This document shows, piece after piece, positions 12,819 to 25,076 of a stretch of DNA of 64,000 bases. The translations under genes and the position numbers were made by a program. Numbering within the stretch: the first letter of the stretch is position 1; each line of letters opens with the position of its first letter. The notes beneath the pieces are model-generated. The model made no database searches, was not told the DNA's origin, and worked only from the letters and a program-made list of their open reading frames with translations. Source of the stretch: Cenococcum geophilum (Eukaryota); assembly GCA_050273025.1 (NCBI GenBank), contig CP158635.1:10726001-10790000 (forward strand), in the 5' to 3' direction.

Positions 12819-14019
12819 GTAAATAAAATAGTAATATTATTTATATAGAAGAAGATAATAAATTGTCTATTAGTAAATGGGCAATTAATACCTAGGATAG
12901 GCTTTAATCCAAATTTGGCTAGTATATTAGTAAGCTCTTTATACTATAGTAGTAGTAAGATTTTTAATCTATATAGCGCTATAAGTAGCTCTAGGATATA
13001 TCTATTTTAACTAAATCCTTCTAGGCAGTAGCAGTAGACTAGTTTACTGAGCTTGGCGTTTATAAATACGTTTATAGCGTTATACTATTAAATTTCCAAA
13101 TTAAATACGGCTGCTATAGCTATAAGGGCACGGAATATTTAAGTAGCTAGGGTTGCTATATAGGTCTCTTTTTTGGTAATCTAAAGGTCTCTACGGACGT
13201 ATAGTCTAGCTTTAAGCTTTTATAGGTAGCCGTTGCTATTAAGCTTATATTTAAAGACCTATTTTAGTAAAAGGATCTGCTCATTATATGCTTCTACTTT
13301 TAGTATAGTCTCAAATATCCCTCGGCGTTTTAGGTCGTTATATTCTTTTTCTATAGCCTTTTAAAAGCTAGTAGTTAAAGGATACTTTTTTAGTTCTTTA
13401 AGATTCTTTAGTTTAAAAGGAAGATTATCCTAATATAGAGATAAGGATTTAGTTTGGTCGATATCTTTTACTAATCCTGTAGTAAATCTAGCGTAGTAAC
13501 CAAATAGGGTAGATAGATTGGCTAGTGCTACTATATACGCTTAATATTAAATTTATTTTAATCTTTCTAGTTAAATAAGGTTAGCAGAAGGTTTAGCTAA
13601 GACTTTATTAGCTTATAGAGCTATATTTAATAGTTCTAATAAACTACTTAGCTAGGTAGGACTTGCTTTAATTATATCTAGGATATTATCTTAAAGTTCT
13701 TATAGTAAGGTATTTAATTCTAGTAGATCTAGAGATACCGTCCTACTTAGTATTAGTAACTGCTTAGTATCCTTTATAGAAGGCTCTGCCGAATTATTTA
13801 ATTTAGATATAATTGTCGGAACGTTAATCATGTAACGTGGTCACGAGACCACGAAGTAAGACTAACTAATCTGACCTTGGAGCAACCCCTGGAAAAAGAC
13901 AATAATTAACTACCAACTTTAACACCGCATACGTACCACTATAAGTGATATTTGTGCACGTTAATAAAGCGAGTATACCGACACTAATCAGTAGATATAT
14001 AGATTAGGAAATACGCAAT

Positions 14020-14330
14020 AGCAAAGCTTAAAACTACGCATTAGCTTAACTGCTAACGCGTTAGATTGTAGAGCTATCGCCCTATTTTAGTTAAAGGAGA
14101 AAACTACGTTACCCTCAAAGCTCGAGACCACGTATTAGCTTGCTGATGCGTTAGATCGCCTAGAGAATCGTATCTTTACTTAGAGAGAGCTACGTTATCC
14201 TTAAAGCTCAAAACCACGTATTAGCTTAACTGTTAACGCGTTAGATTGCCTGGAGGACCCTTAAAGCTTAAAACCACGTATCAACTTAACTGTTGACGCG
14301 TTAGATCGCCTAGAGGACCGTATCTTTACT
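14020..14330 (+). repeat. D1 5' UTR, about four dispersed/tandem copies of a ~55-bp motif
   Basis: Repeated AAAGCTYRARACCACGTATTAGCTTAACTGYTRACGCGTTAGATYGCCTAGAG. Confidence 0.8.
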
Positions 14331-14509
14331 AAGAATCGTCTACAGTGTCCAAGAACTGTAGATTCGTCGATAGGACACGTACACACCTTTATACCCTCAC
14401 CTTAAACCCCAACTTCTTTGAACTGACGACTACCCTTATACCTACCCTTATATATAAAGACACGACAATATAGAAATTAACTAAAAGGAAAGAATTACTA
14501 AATACGGCT

Positions 14510-17500
14510 ACGGAATCGACTTGGAGACGGCTATGGATAATAACCTAACGGAGTATGTGGAGACTAAGATGCACCTATATACATAATCTAACCTTACAGA
14601 CTTTGCATTATAGATAGTATTTTAGGAAGACTTTAAGAGCTTTACGCTAGAGACCTTTAAACGAGTATAATCTAATACTAAAATGGGAATCCGTTAATAC
14701 CTAGTTAAGAAAGGAGTATATATTGTTAAGTAAGATAAGAGATACTCCCTTAGCAAGGTGCTAACGGACGTCGCTAATAAAGAAGAGTTTTATAAATAGA
14801 CGGATAAGGAGCTTATCGCGGCCCTTGCAGAGGTAAAGCCAATAATTACAACAACTTTGCAAGACTGACTTAATTCGACCTTAGATAAGCTTGCTACACC
14901 TTTAGCCCCACTACCAGCTACTCTACTAACTCCACCAGCTACTCCGGTTACTGCACCACCAGCTATTCTAGCTGCTGTACCACTAGCTACTCCGGTTACT
15001 GCACCGCCAGCTACTCCAGCTGCTGTACCACCAGCTACTCCAGTTACTGCACCGCCAACTACTCCGACTGCTACCCCCGCTACCCCTACTACCCCTCCCG
15101 GTCCTTAATCCTCCAATTACAACCAAATCTACGCTCTTATTAACCAACTACTATGGCTAAGAGAGCAGTAACTGCAGTAGCTATAGCAACCGCAGCAGCT
15201 ATATATATATATACTACCTAAACTAGCCGTACCTAGTGTAGAGTAAGGACCTAGGTAAGGACCTAGATATAGTAAGGAGGTAGCTATAATTGCAAAGATC
15301 TACATAGATAACTAAAAGTACGATAGAGTTAGTGACAGCTTTAACTTCAAGTTAACTATCTTCTATAACATCTATAAGAGATCTGGCTTACTACTAGAAG
15401 GCTATATAGTGGCATTCCCTAGTATACTAAAGGGGCTTACTTAGGACCACTACTACAATAGCAACCTTAAGTTGGGGCCTTTTACCGAAGCCTGTAACCA
15501 TATATAACAATTCTTTAAAGGGCCGGAATACTACCGTAAGAACCTTATAGAGTGGAATAGTATAACCCTCTAAGGAGTTATAGACGAGAACCCTAATAAG
15601 TTAATCTATTAGAACTTTTAACTGCTAGTAGATAAGCTACTAAAATAACGTTATAGACTATACCTAGACTTCCGTATAAACCGTATTCTTATAAATAAGT
15701 TAGTTACTACTTATTAGGGAGTACTAGCATGCCGTATCGCTGTCTCTAACCCTTTAGAAGATCTCTCTTAGTTAATTAGTAAGCTATAATCCTCTATTAT
15801 TATATAGGAAAAAAAAACACCCCTTATAGGCCTTAATGAGATTATCTTACTAAGCCTTTTTTACGGATTAACGCTATTACCGAAATAACCAGAATCGAGA
15901 CTGAAATACTAATCGCTATAGTAGCAATCGCCCCTATAGAACTAATGGCAGACTAAAGGCCAAGTGCTATATCTGTAAGAAGGAGAACTGCCATTTATAG
16001 AAACACATAGAGGAGGAGCGTAATCGGTCTAGAGACGACTATAAGAGACGTTTTATTAATATTAAGGGCCGTAATAAGGGCAACTTTAATAACCACTTTA
16101 AGCAATATATTGCCGCCTGTGAAAGAGATAAAGAGGATAACTTAGACTTCAAAGCCTATATATACGACACTAATAACTTTAAAAGCGATGCCGGAGAATC
16201 TAATAATAGTTTTACCTATATTACTACCTTCGGAACACTTACTATAGAGGAAGTAACCTCTATAAGCGTAGAGCTAGCTAATAAGGCTTGTATATATCTT
16301 TTTACGGCTTTAGAACTTACTACGGAATCTACCACGGAACCTCGTATAAAGACCGACCCATTTACCTATAGCACGGCCATAACTACAGCGTCACGGTATA
16401 CCTTAACGGTCTTTATAGGAATTATAATTAATACGGGTGCTTTAAGTAAGTCTATAGCTAGCTACAGCCAATTCTAAGCCCTATAGGCCGTAGATAAGTC
16501 TGTAAATCTTAATACGTTAACTAAGGGCTAAGTAACTATCTAATTTAGAATTGGAGCCTCTACGTCTATTAGAACTATAGACGTTAACAGCCCTATAGGA
16601 AAGGTATAATTCCATATTATTAAAGCAGATACTTCTTTCCTACTTTGCTTAGCAGATATAGATAGACTCTATATTAAATATAATAACCTAAAGAACGTCA
16701 TTATTACTCGCACTAAAAAGGTGCCAGTAGTTAGACGATTTTGCCACCCATTTCTCTTATAGAGCTTCTTCTTATAATCTTATTTAGTTAAGTCTTTTAA
16801 TACAAACCCGTGCTACTTAACTAACGTAAAACTACAACGTCTATACCGTTAATTTAGTTACCTATTAGTTAATAAATTGCAAAAGCTTCTTAATAAGGCT
16901 GGCTATGGCTATAATACTAATAGATTTGCTATTGAAGAGCTAACTAGACTCTACTACCACTGCCAAAAGTTTAGTAAATCTTTTGGTAGATTTCGCTTTA
17001 CCTTACAAGATAACGTTAATTTTAATTATAATATTATTATTAACATTATATATATTAGCGGCTCCCCCCTACTATATATAGTTGATAAAGTAACTCGATT
17101 TTAAGCTAGTAGATAGCTATAAGATATTAGCTCTAAGTACACTTAGGACATTCTACAAATGTGCTAGATTAATAGCTATTTAGGACTACTAGACTTAATT
17201 ACTACAGACGCTAAAAAGAACTTCGTTAGTAAGGAGTTTAAGCACTATGCTGCTACTATAGGAGCAACTATAAAGTTAGTTCTAGTCGAATCACACAATT
17301 CTATTAGAATAGTAGAACGCTACTACGGTCCACTACGACGATTCTACTAAATTATTACGACTAAAATCCCTAAAATTAGCAAGGAGATGGCCCTATAAAT
17401 AGCCTTCAAAGCTATTAATAACACGGCTGGCCTAAAAGGCCTAGTCTCTATACTTTTAGTCTTTAGAGCCTACCCCTGAATGGTTAAATTGGACGCACTA

Positions 17501-19645
17501 TTACCTTTAGTTACACAGCGAGCTACGGCTATTAAGAAAGTAATAGTGGAAATCTAGAAACTATAAGCTAAATAATAGATCGCTAACGCTCTTAATATGC
17601 GAAATAGACTACAAACTAACGCTATTTACGGCCTCCTACCTAGTTCGCCTATCTTAGTCTAGAGAGAAGGTAATACCGGCTAAAGTAGTTATTGGGATGG
17701 ACTATATATACTGCTTGCCGTTAACAGTAAGACCTATACTATAAAGCTACTAAATAGGCCTATAACCTTCTGCTTTATAGTTATAAAACCTTATTTACCG
17801 GACCTATAAGACCCAGTTAAACTATAAAAGTCTATTAAATTAAATAAACTAGTACCTTTACCAGCTAAACCTTAATTGTTACCTAAGGCTGAACCATAGC
17901 TACCGCTAAAGCGAGGTAGAGGTTGCCCCCATAAATACCTATTGCTTACGGCCGTTATAGACGTAGCTGTTACGGATGCTATAATAGATATAGGTGCTTT
18001 TACGGGTGATATTGCGGATATCGCTAATATCGCTATCTACTTATAGGACGATAATACCGTAGATACGGCTAACACTACTATTTACTTATAGAACGATAGC
18101 AACACCTAATTTAGCGCTTTACGATAAAAGGAGGTTATAGGCCTACTTAAGAAAGGCGTCTTTAAGATTATTAAGCTATATAATATACTAAAGGGGGTTA
18201 GACTCTTTAATTTACAGTTTATTAACAAGATTAAGAATAAGGGAACTAATAAAGCCTTTAAGAAATCACAACTTATTATATAGGCCTATAACGATTTAGA
18301 GAAAGAGCTAGTCCTTACTTAGTTACTAACAATTTAACAAGTTAGCTAGCGGCTAATTCTTAGTATCGCTGCTATACTACTATAGATATAACTCTACCTC
18401 CGAGACATCTTATAAGCCTACGTCTAGTCTACTACGAACCTAAACCGCGAGTTCTATATATAACTACTACACAAGCTAAATATATAATTGGGAATTAATA
18501 CGGACTCCATTCTAAAGGTTATAAAGCCACTTTATAAAGTACCTAAAGCTAGAAACCACTGGTTTAAGACCTACTATTTACACTACGTTAATTAGCTGCG
18601 AATAGACTAGTCTACATACAACCCTTGCTTACTTTAGAGCGATAAACCTTTCGGAATTATTGGCCTATAGACTAATAATACACTATTTCTCGCAGATAAC
18701 ACCTTTATAGAGGCTGAATAAAGCGAACTATATAAGGCTAAATTTATAGCTAAGAAGTGAGAGCAACTAACCGCTAATACACCAATTAAATTTAATAGAG
18801 GACTTATTTAATTAATATAAGATAGGAGTATTATACTAACGTAAAGGCGCTAGTGTAAAAACCTTAGCGTGGTTAACACTACGCTAGCAGATAGTATTAG
18901 CTCTAGGGGAGTTACGCGTGGCCTACTTACACTAAAGGACTAGTATATCGCTTAACGCGCTAGAGGAGCCTATATCGCCTTAGTTTATTAGCTAGAGGCT
19001 TTATTTAACTTATCCTTTACTGCCTAGGTAATTAATTCTAAGGAGATAGATATAAAGGAGTTAAATAAGCGCCTAAGTTAGCAGATTTAGAACTTATGTA
19101 GAGGTTTTAAGTTTATCAAATTGGAGGCTAAGACCCTATAGCTCTTAGTCTTTATAAACGCTTCCTTTACTAATAATAAGGACCTCTCTTCGTAAATTAG
19201 CTATATTATTATACTAGCTAACGCAACTAAGAAGGCCAATATTGTCTATTAGAGCTTAATTAAGTGTAAAAGAGTCACTAGAAGCGTCCTGGCTTCTAAA
19301 CTCTATAGAATGGCTTACGGCTTTAATATCGCCGTCGCCATCAAGTCTACGGTAGACAAGGTCCTACAGATTAACCTCCCACTTATACTTTGCACCAATT
19401 CTAAGTCGCTATATAACTGTCTTGTATAACTTGGAACCACATAAGAGAAGCGATTAATAATTAATATAATATGCCTATAACAAGCCTATAAACATCAGCA
19501 GATCATAGAGGTTAAATAGATCGATAGTGAAGCTAACCCTGCGGACGCGATGACTAAGGGGAAGCCTTGTGTCGCTTTACAGCGACTTATTAACACAAAC
19601 CAAGTCGATATACAGGCTGTAGGTTGGGTAGAACGTAAGGAGTAA
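14510..19645 (+). pseudogene. D1 gag-pol polyprotein, RIP-inactivated
   Basis: De-RIP motifs: CYICKKENC (15964), GIII(D)TGA (16418-16440), integrase LITTDA.KNF (17194-17224), RT KSRL.IQAYND, LRDI.QAYV.S, KPLY.VPEA.NHWF, GL(Q)T(DD)TL (18660-18690), RNase H LVF.(D)ASF.NNKDLSS.I.Y and NPADAMTK. Start approximate. Confidence 0.9.
14905..15105 (+). repeat. 24-bp coding minisatellite in D1 gag (PPATPVTA/PPATPAAV-like, ~8 units)
   Basis: Repeated CCACCAGCTACTCCRGYTRCTGYA. Confidence 0.85.
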
Positions 19646-19663
19646 TAGAAGGGGGTTTGCGGG

Positions 19664-19905
19664 TTATGTAACTGGTAGAAGATAGCAGAAAGTTATATAA
19701 CTAGCAGAAGATAGCAGAAAGTTATATAACTGGCAGAAGATGGCAGAAAGTTATATAACTGGCAGAAGATGGTAGAAAGTTATATAACTGGCAGAAGATA
19801 GCAGAAAGTTATATAACTGGCAGAAGATAGTAGAAAGTTATATAACTGGTAGAAGATAGTAGAAAGTTATATAACTGGCAGAAGATGGTAGGAAGTTATA
19901 TAACT
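19664..19905 (+). repeat. 29-bp tandem array in D1 3' UTR (~8 units)
   Basis: Unit GTTATATAACTGGCAGAAGATRGCAGAAA repeated head to tail. Confidence 0.95.
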
Positions 19906-22900
19906 TATATTATTATATTACGGACCTATAAAAGGAGCGTAGAAGCTATTGCGTATACGCTATAAATAGTCTAGAAGTAGACTTAACTTTGGAGTGTAGA
20001 TTAGCCTTCTTTTTAGAGTTGCTCCAGTGTCGGAACGTTAATCATGTAACGTGGTTACGAGACCACGAAGTAAGACTAACTAATCTGACCTTGGAGCAAC
20101 CCCTGGAAAAAGACAACAATTAACTACCAACTTCAACACCGTATACATACCACTACAAGTGATATTCGTGCACGTTGATAAAGCGAGTATACCGACAATA
20201 ATTGTTTAATTTATATTTAAGGTAGGTCTATATAGGATAGATTTATTCTTAGATTTATCTTTAATAGGCTTTAGTAGACTAATTATCTAAATAATATCCT
20301 CTAATACTTCCCTTAACAAGTAGTTAATATTCTAACCCTTAGGGTTATAGAACAAGGTCTCGTTAAATATAACGTCTTTAGTTTAAACAACTTTGCGGAG
20401 ACTTAGAATCTAGATATAATAGATATTAGTTAAATCGTAGCTAACTAGATGTTTAATTACTGCATAAGGAGCTAGTTTATCTCCCCTTTTAATTTATTTA
20501 TCGAGTATATAGGTTTTATAGCCATATATATATATATAGGTAAGTAATAGCAGCTTTCCGTAAGCTATCTTGTACGGAATTTTCCATCCTAGTTACTTAT
20601 TTAGTGTTTAATTAAGTGTATATTTAGTAGTAAGGAAAGCTTCTGGTCCTAGAGATAATAGTAAAAAAGCTTCTAGCTGTATAGCCCTTAATTATTCTAT
20701 AAGGGTTCGTCTAGATTATTTAGCTTTACTATTTTATTCTTTAGTATACAGTGCTTAATATTTAAAAGTAATACCTTTATCTACGCACTATATCTATAAG
20801 GTATCTCCCGTCTGTCTAAAAGCTTATTTATTATTACTCTGGAAGAAGATAATGTCTTAATAGAATTATAATTTAATTAATTAATGTGTCTTATAAATGG
20901 TAGGTAGGACGGTAGCTTTATTTTTATTCTTAGCGGTAAATATAAAATTAAATTTAGAATACGTGCAATAGAAGTATATTACGTATCTATTACCGTTATA
21001 CCCTAGTTCTCTAAGGGTAATAATATTAAATACTAGCCGTTTAAATGGTTAAGTAGCTGGAAATTTATATTCTTGTTTTTAAGAGATCTGCTATATATGC
21101 TTTGCTAATAAGTAAACTTTATATTTAACTTTAAGCGGTGCTTGTTCGTTAATTAGCTCTTTAAGCTCTGCGCTATTAACGTGCTTAGGAAGCTGCTTAA
21201 TAGCATTAGGTCCTGTATAGCTAAGTATTTTATGCTATTTTATAGCTATAGCTCTAATTAGTTTATAGGCTATTCTGCTTAGTTAATGTCTTCTTATTAA
21301 AAAGGTCGATTAAGTTATTAAATCTAGGGTAGGCTCTCTGTGTATTAGTGCCTGGTGGCCCCTATATCGTTTTATATAGTAGACTATTTCGCTAGTTACT
21401 AGACAGTATAGTAAGTTTTATTCTAAGTTAAAATAAATATTGTTATTAGTAGCTCTTAAAAGCGCTACGATATTTATAAATATGGTAGGTACTAGCGCTA
21501 TATAGGATAGCTTTATTTTTAAGTTCCTAGTAGGTGTATTAATAATAATAGTTACTATTTAATAAGCTTATATTTTCTTAAAATTTCCGCTAGTAATTAG
21601 GTAGTTGTTTTCTATAGCTAGTTATAAGAATATAAAATCTTCTTTGTTATTGTAGACGTAGGTATCTATACTAGGGTTAAGTATCTAGGTATTCTAGAGT
21701 TTAAATAAAATTTAACTAGCACTAAATACGGCAGTATAGCTAGTTAGGGTTTTGGAAGGTAGGGTTTTAAAATTAAAATTAATTATAGATTTTATATTCT
21801 TCTAATTATTCTTCTTTACTTCCTATTCTCTTTTTAGAATAAGGTTAACGATGCGTTTAATTTAAGGTGTAAATAAGATCTTTTTATCTACTTTCTTCTA
21901 AATATCTGGGTTTGGTTTCTATTCTTAAGGGCGCTTATACTTAGTAATATAGTAGTAGTTACCGAATTAATGTATAAGGCCGCATATATATATTTTATTC
22001 TACTTAAAATTAGAATTAAAATTGCCGTTAAAATCAAATTAGAATTTAAATTATTTTAAAGGGTTATAAACGCGGAGTTATTAGCAGTAAAGGTAGAAAA
22101 TGCTTACTATATACGGTAGTGCTCCTTAAATTCCTTAATAAGATTAATAATAGATAGGGCGTTTTTATCCTTCCGTTCTTTCCTAATAAGGTCTACTTTT
22201 AGTGCTCTTATAAAACTAGAAGAGATAAGTTTAATTGCTTAAATAAAATTATAGTGTGGCCTAAATCCCTATATATTTGGTAGCTCTAATTACTCTATAA
22301 GCTTATAGACGTTCCACTAGCTGTTTAACTATTTATTAATACTCTGCTTTTTATTATAGGCTTTTAAAGCTGTATATTAATTAAGAACGTTTATACTTTT
22401 AACCTAAAAAGGTAAAGATAAGTGTAGTCTTTAATACTTAAAGCCGTTTGTGTACTGTGTTAAGGCCGTTAATAAGTAAAAGGTAGGCTACTAATATAGT
22501 GCAAACGATGTAGTTGCTAATATTATTTATAGCCTATTTTTGCTTCTTATATACGTATAAATCGTCCTTATATTTGGCGTAGAGCTAATTATAGGCAGTA
22601 AGCTTAATTTGGTCTAGTTAAGCTATTAATATAGTATTAGGAAGTACGTCCGCTAGTATAGGTTAATGCGGTAGTTTTAGCTTTAGAAGCTCGTCTTTTA
22701 TAGATAGGTCGATATACTACTATACCTTATTAGTTATAGCTATATTTTAGATAATAAAGAACTATTAAATCTAATTAGATAGCTAGTTAAGGATAAGGTT
22801 AACTTTTAATTTATTTATAGTTGTTATTTTTAGAATTTATAGGGTTAAGTAGGATCTAATTAGTATTTTAGTAAAAACCTTAGTTTAACGTTCCGAACTT

Positions 22901-23085
22901 TTGATTTAATTTATTAGTTCGTTTGTTAGTTAGGTACGGTTATTAGTTAAGGTTAATTATCCGTTTATTTAATAGATAAAGAAGCTCGAGATACTGCAAA
23001 GGTAGTAGAAGTAGTAACTTCTTAATTAAGGTAGTAGATTAATTTGATTAATTGCTTAGTAGGTAGTATAATCCGGGCTTATAAC

Positions 23086-23309
23086 TGTAAGGTTTTATAG
23101 TATAGGAAATAAATAAGCGACTTAATTGTAAATGTAGCTCTAAAGTATCTATATATACACAAATAAAGGTAAGTTACTAGTACCCCTTAATCTTATCCTT
23201 AATATAGCCGTAATTAACACTTTAGGCTAATTAAAGCCGGCTGTAACTATTACGGCCCACAGTACGTAATATAGCAGTGTTTTTAATATAGTACTGGTAG
23301 TCGGTTACA
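23086..23309 (-). repeat. Copia C 5' LTR (224 bp) with adjacent PBS
   Basis: Minus strand TGTAACCG...CCTTACA followed by GTTAT(G)AGCCCGG (23073-23085), a usual fungal copia PBS-type sequence; LINE E sequence resumes at 23310. Confidence 0.82.
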
Positions 23310-25076
23310 GACTTTAAGGTATTTTACTACCTTAGTAGCTGTACCTGCAATTGATATTTCTTTCTACTTAAGGATTTTTTGTCTTTTTTCTTTATTCTCT
23401 ATAGTAAAAACTATAGAGCTAAATCTGGTCTATGGATTGTATCTTTTTATACTAGATAAGATCTATCTAAGTAGTCCTTATATCCTTATAGGATTAAAGG
23501 TCTTAATTTCTTCTTTTAGAAGCTTAGAGCCTCTTTCTTCTAGGAAAGGTAGGGTAGGAACTCTATAGGCTATAATTTAAACCCATAGTTTTAGTTTTTG
23601 TTCTCTTTAAAAGGTAAAGCAGTTATACCAGATTTCTTTATATTTAGCTAGGAAATCTGCATTATACTCTTCTGTAGTTATCAGGAGAATATTTTGTTTT
23701 CCTTTAGTTCTTACTATAGACGCTAAAACTAGCTTTTCTACTTACAGTTTTAATGTAAATAGTTAATTGACTTTGTTTCGTATAGAGAAGGTATCTAAAG
23801 GTTAGTCTTTTTGGTCTGTAATTAGGACTAGCTTCCTTTCTTATAGTTGCTTTTTCTTACTTCTAGTAGAAGTAGAAGGGGTAGGAGGTAGTAGTAATAA
23901 GGTAGGTAGGGAGGACGAAGAAGGGAGGTCCTTCTTTAGCCTCTCTACATAGGTTTCCTTAGTAGGGGCTACTTCCTTACGGAGAGCTCTTACTTCTTCG
24001 ACTAGTCCTTTTAGGACCTCTTTTGTTTTTCTTTTCCTTTTATAAAGGGATTTTCTCCTGCTAGGATACTACGTATATAGTCCTCTAGCTATTTAACTTA
24101 TTCCTTTTTGTCTTTTTCTTCTTCTCCTAGCCCTTTATAGGCCTAGGTTAGGCTCTCTAGAGCCTTTTATAGGTGTTATTCTAAAGAAAGGGGAGGGAAA
24201 GATATACTAGGTATACCAGCCGTAAAAGTTATTAGTTTAGTTGTTTTTTTTTTGCAGGTTTTTGGTTTTCTTTTTTAGAAGAAGACTAAGGATATCCTTT
24301 TTTTTCTCCTGTTCTAAATAGGCCAGGAGAAGGAGAAGGGGTAGAAAAAGTGAATGTAGATATAGACTTATTATCACTTATTTTTATAGGAGGTTTTTTT
24401 TAGGCCTGCTAGGCCTTAGCATTTTGTATCTTATAGGGGGGTTTCCTAGTTTTTATAGTAGATAATAACCTCCTTAGGTCTCTTATCTCCTAGTCCTAGA
24501 GGTAAAAAACTAGGCAAAAAGCCTTGCTAGTTTTTACTATCCTTCTACGCCCTTTCTTCTTACTAATCCTACTAGAATATTTCTAGGGAAATTAGGCTAA
24601 AAGATAGCAGAAAAACTAGCTAAAAAAGACTAGTATAGTTATTTTCTTTTCCTATTAGAAGTAGAAAAAACCACTAAAAAAAAGAACTTGTTAGGCTTTT
24701 ACTAGCAGAAAAGCCCTAAAGGCAATCTTCCTCTTATTAAAGAAAATCTGACTAAAGAAGATATAGAAAAGTACCTACACCCCCTATTTTATTAGGCTTT
24801 TACTTTCTATAGAAGAAAAACCTAGGAAAAGTCTATGTTTTGTAGTTTTTTTTAGTGTTCCTACCCCTACCTCGCTTATAAGCTAGGACCACCCCTAAGA
24901 AGAATATTTTCTTCAGATAAGGGGGGTAAAAAGGCAAATAGATCCGCCTCTAGCTTGCTAGGCAGTAGGAATTGGGTCTTAAAAGTTAGAAAATCGATTG
25001 TTTTTAATAGTAAGATGGATATGCATAAGTTTTAAGGTGCGGCGCTATCTTTTGGTAAGGTTGTATGTGTGGTAAA
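23310..25076 (-). mobile_element. LINE family E copy 1 (E1): 5' end and most of ORF1; cut by copia C
   Basis: Colinear with 57221-57729 plus 59227-60388 (E2); similarity to E2 stops at the same 5' end (GTGTGGTRAA). Confidence 0.88.

Larger units (their letters stand above)
13814..20197 (+). mobile_element. Full-length Ty1/copia family D copy 1 (D1), probably fungal GalEa clade, 6384 bp
   Basis: 170-bp LTRs at 13814-13983 and 20028-20197 (TGTCGG...CCGACA); TSD ATAAT at 13809-13813 and 20198-20202; copia domain order. Confidence 0.96.
11567..23309 (-). mobile_element. Ty1/copia family C, from 5' LTR to mid RNase H; interrupted by B1 (left end), TRIM1 and copia D1
   Basis: Minus-strand order after de-RIP: LTR, PBS, gag knuckle CICG..H....C (~21950), protease WILN(D)..ADTHVCN (~21650-21695), WHKILGH.GP (~21200-21240), integrase QS(D)N(E) (~20830), RT KWVFKYK...KARLCVRGD (~13190-13270) and FF(YVDD) (~12835-12855), RNase H (SD)AAF(AD)..ETRRSS(Q)GYLF..FGG (~11620-11710). 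Confidence 0.92.
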
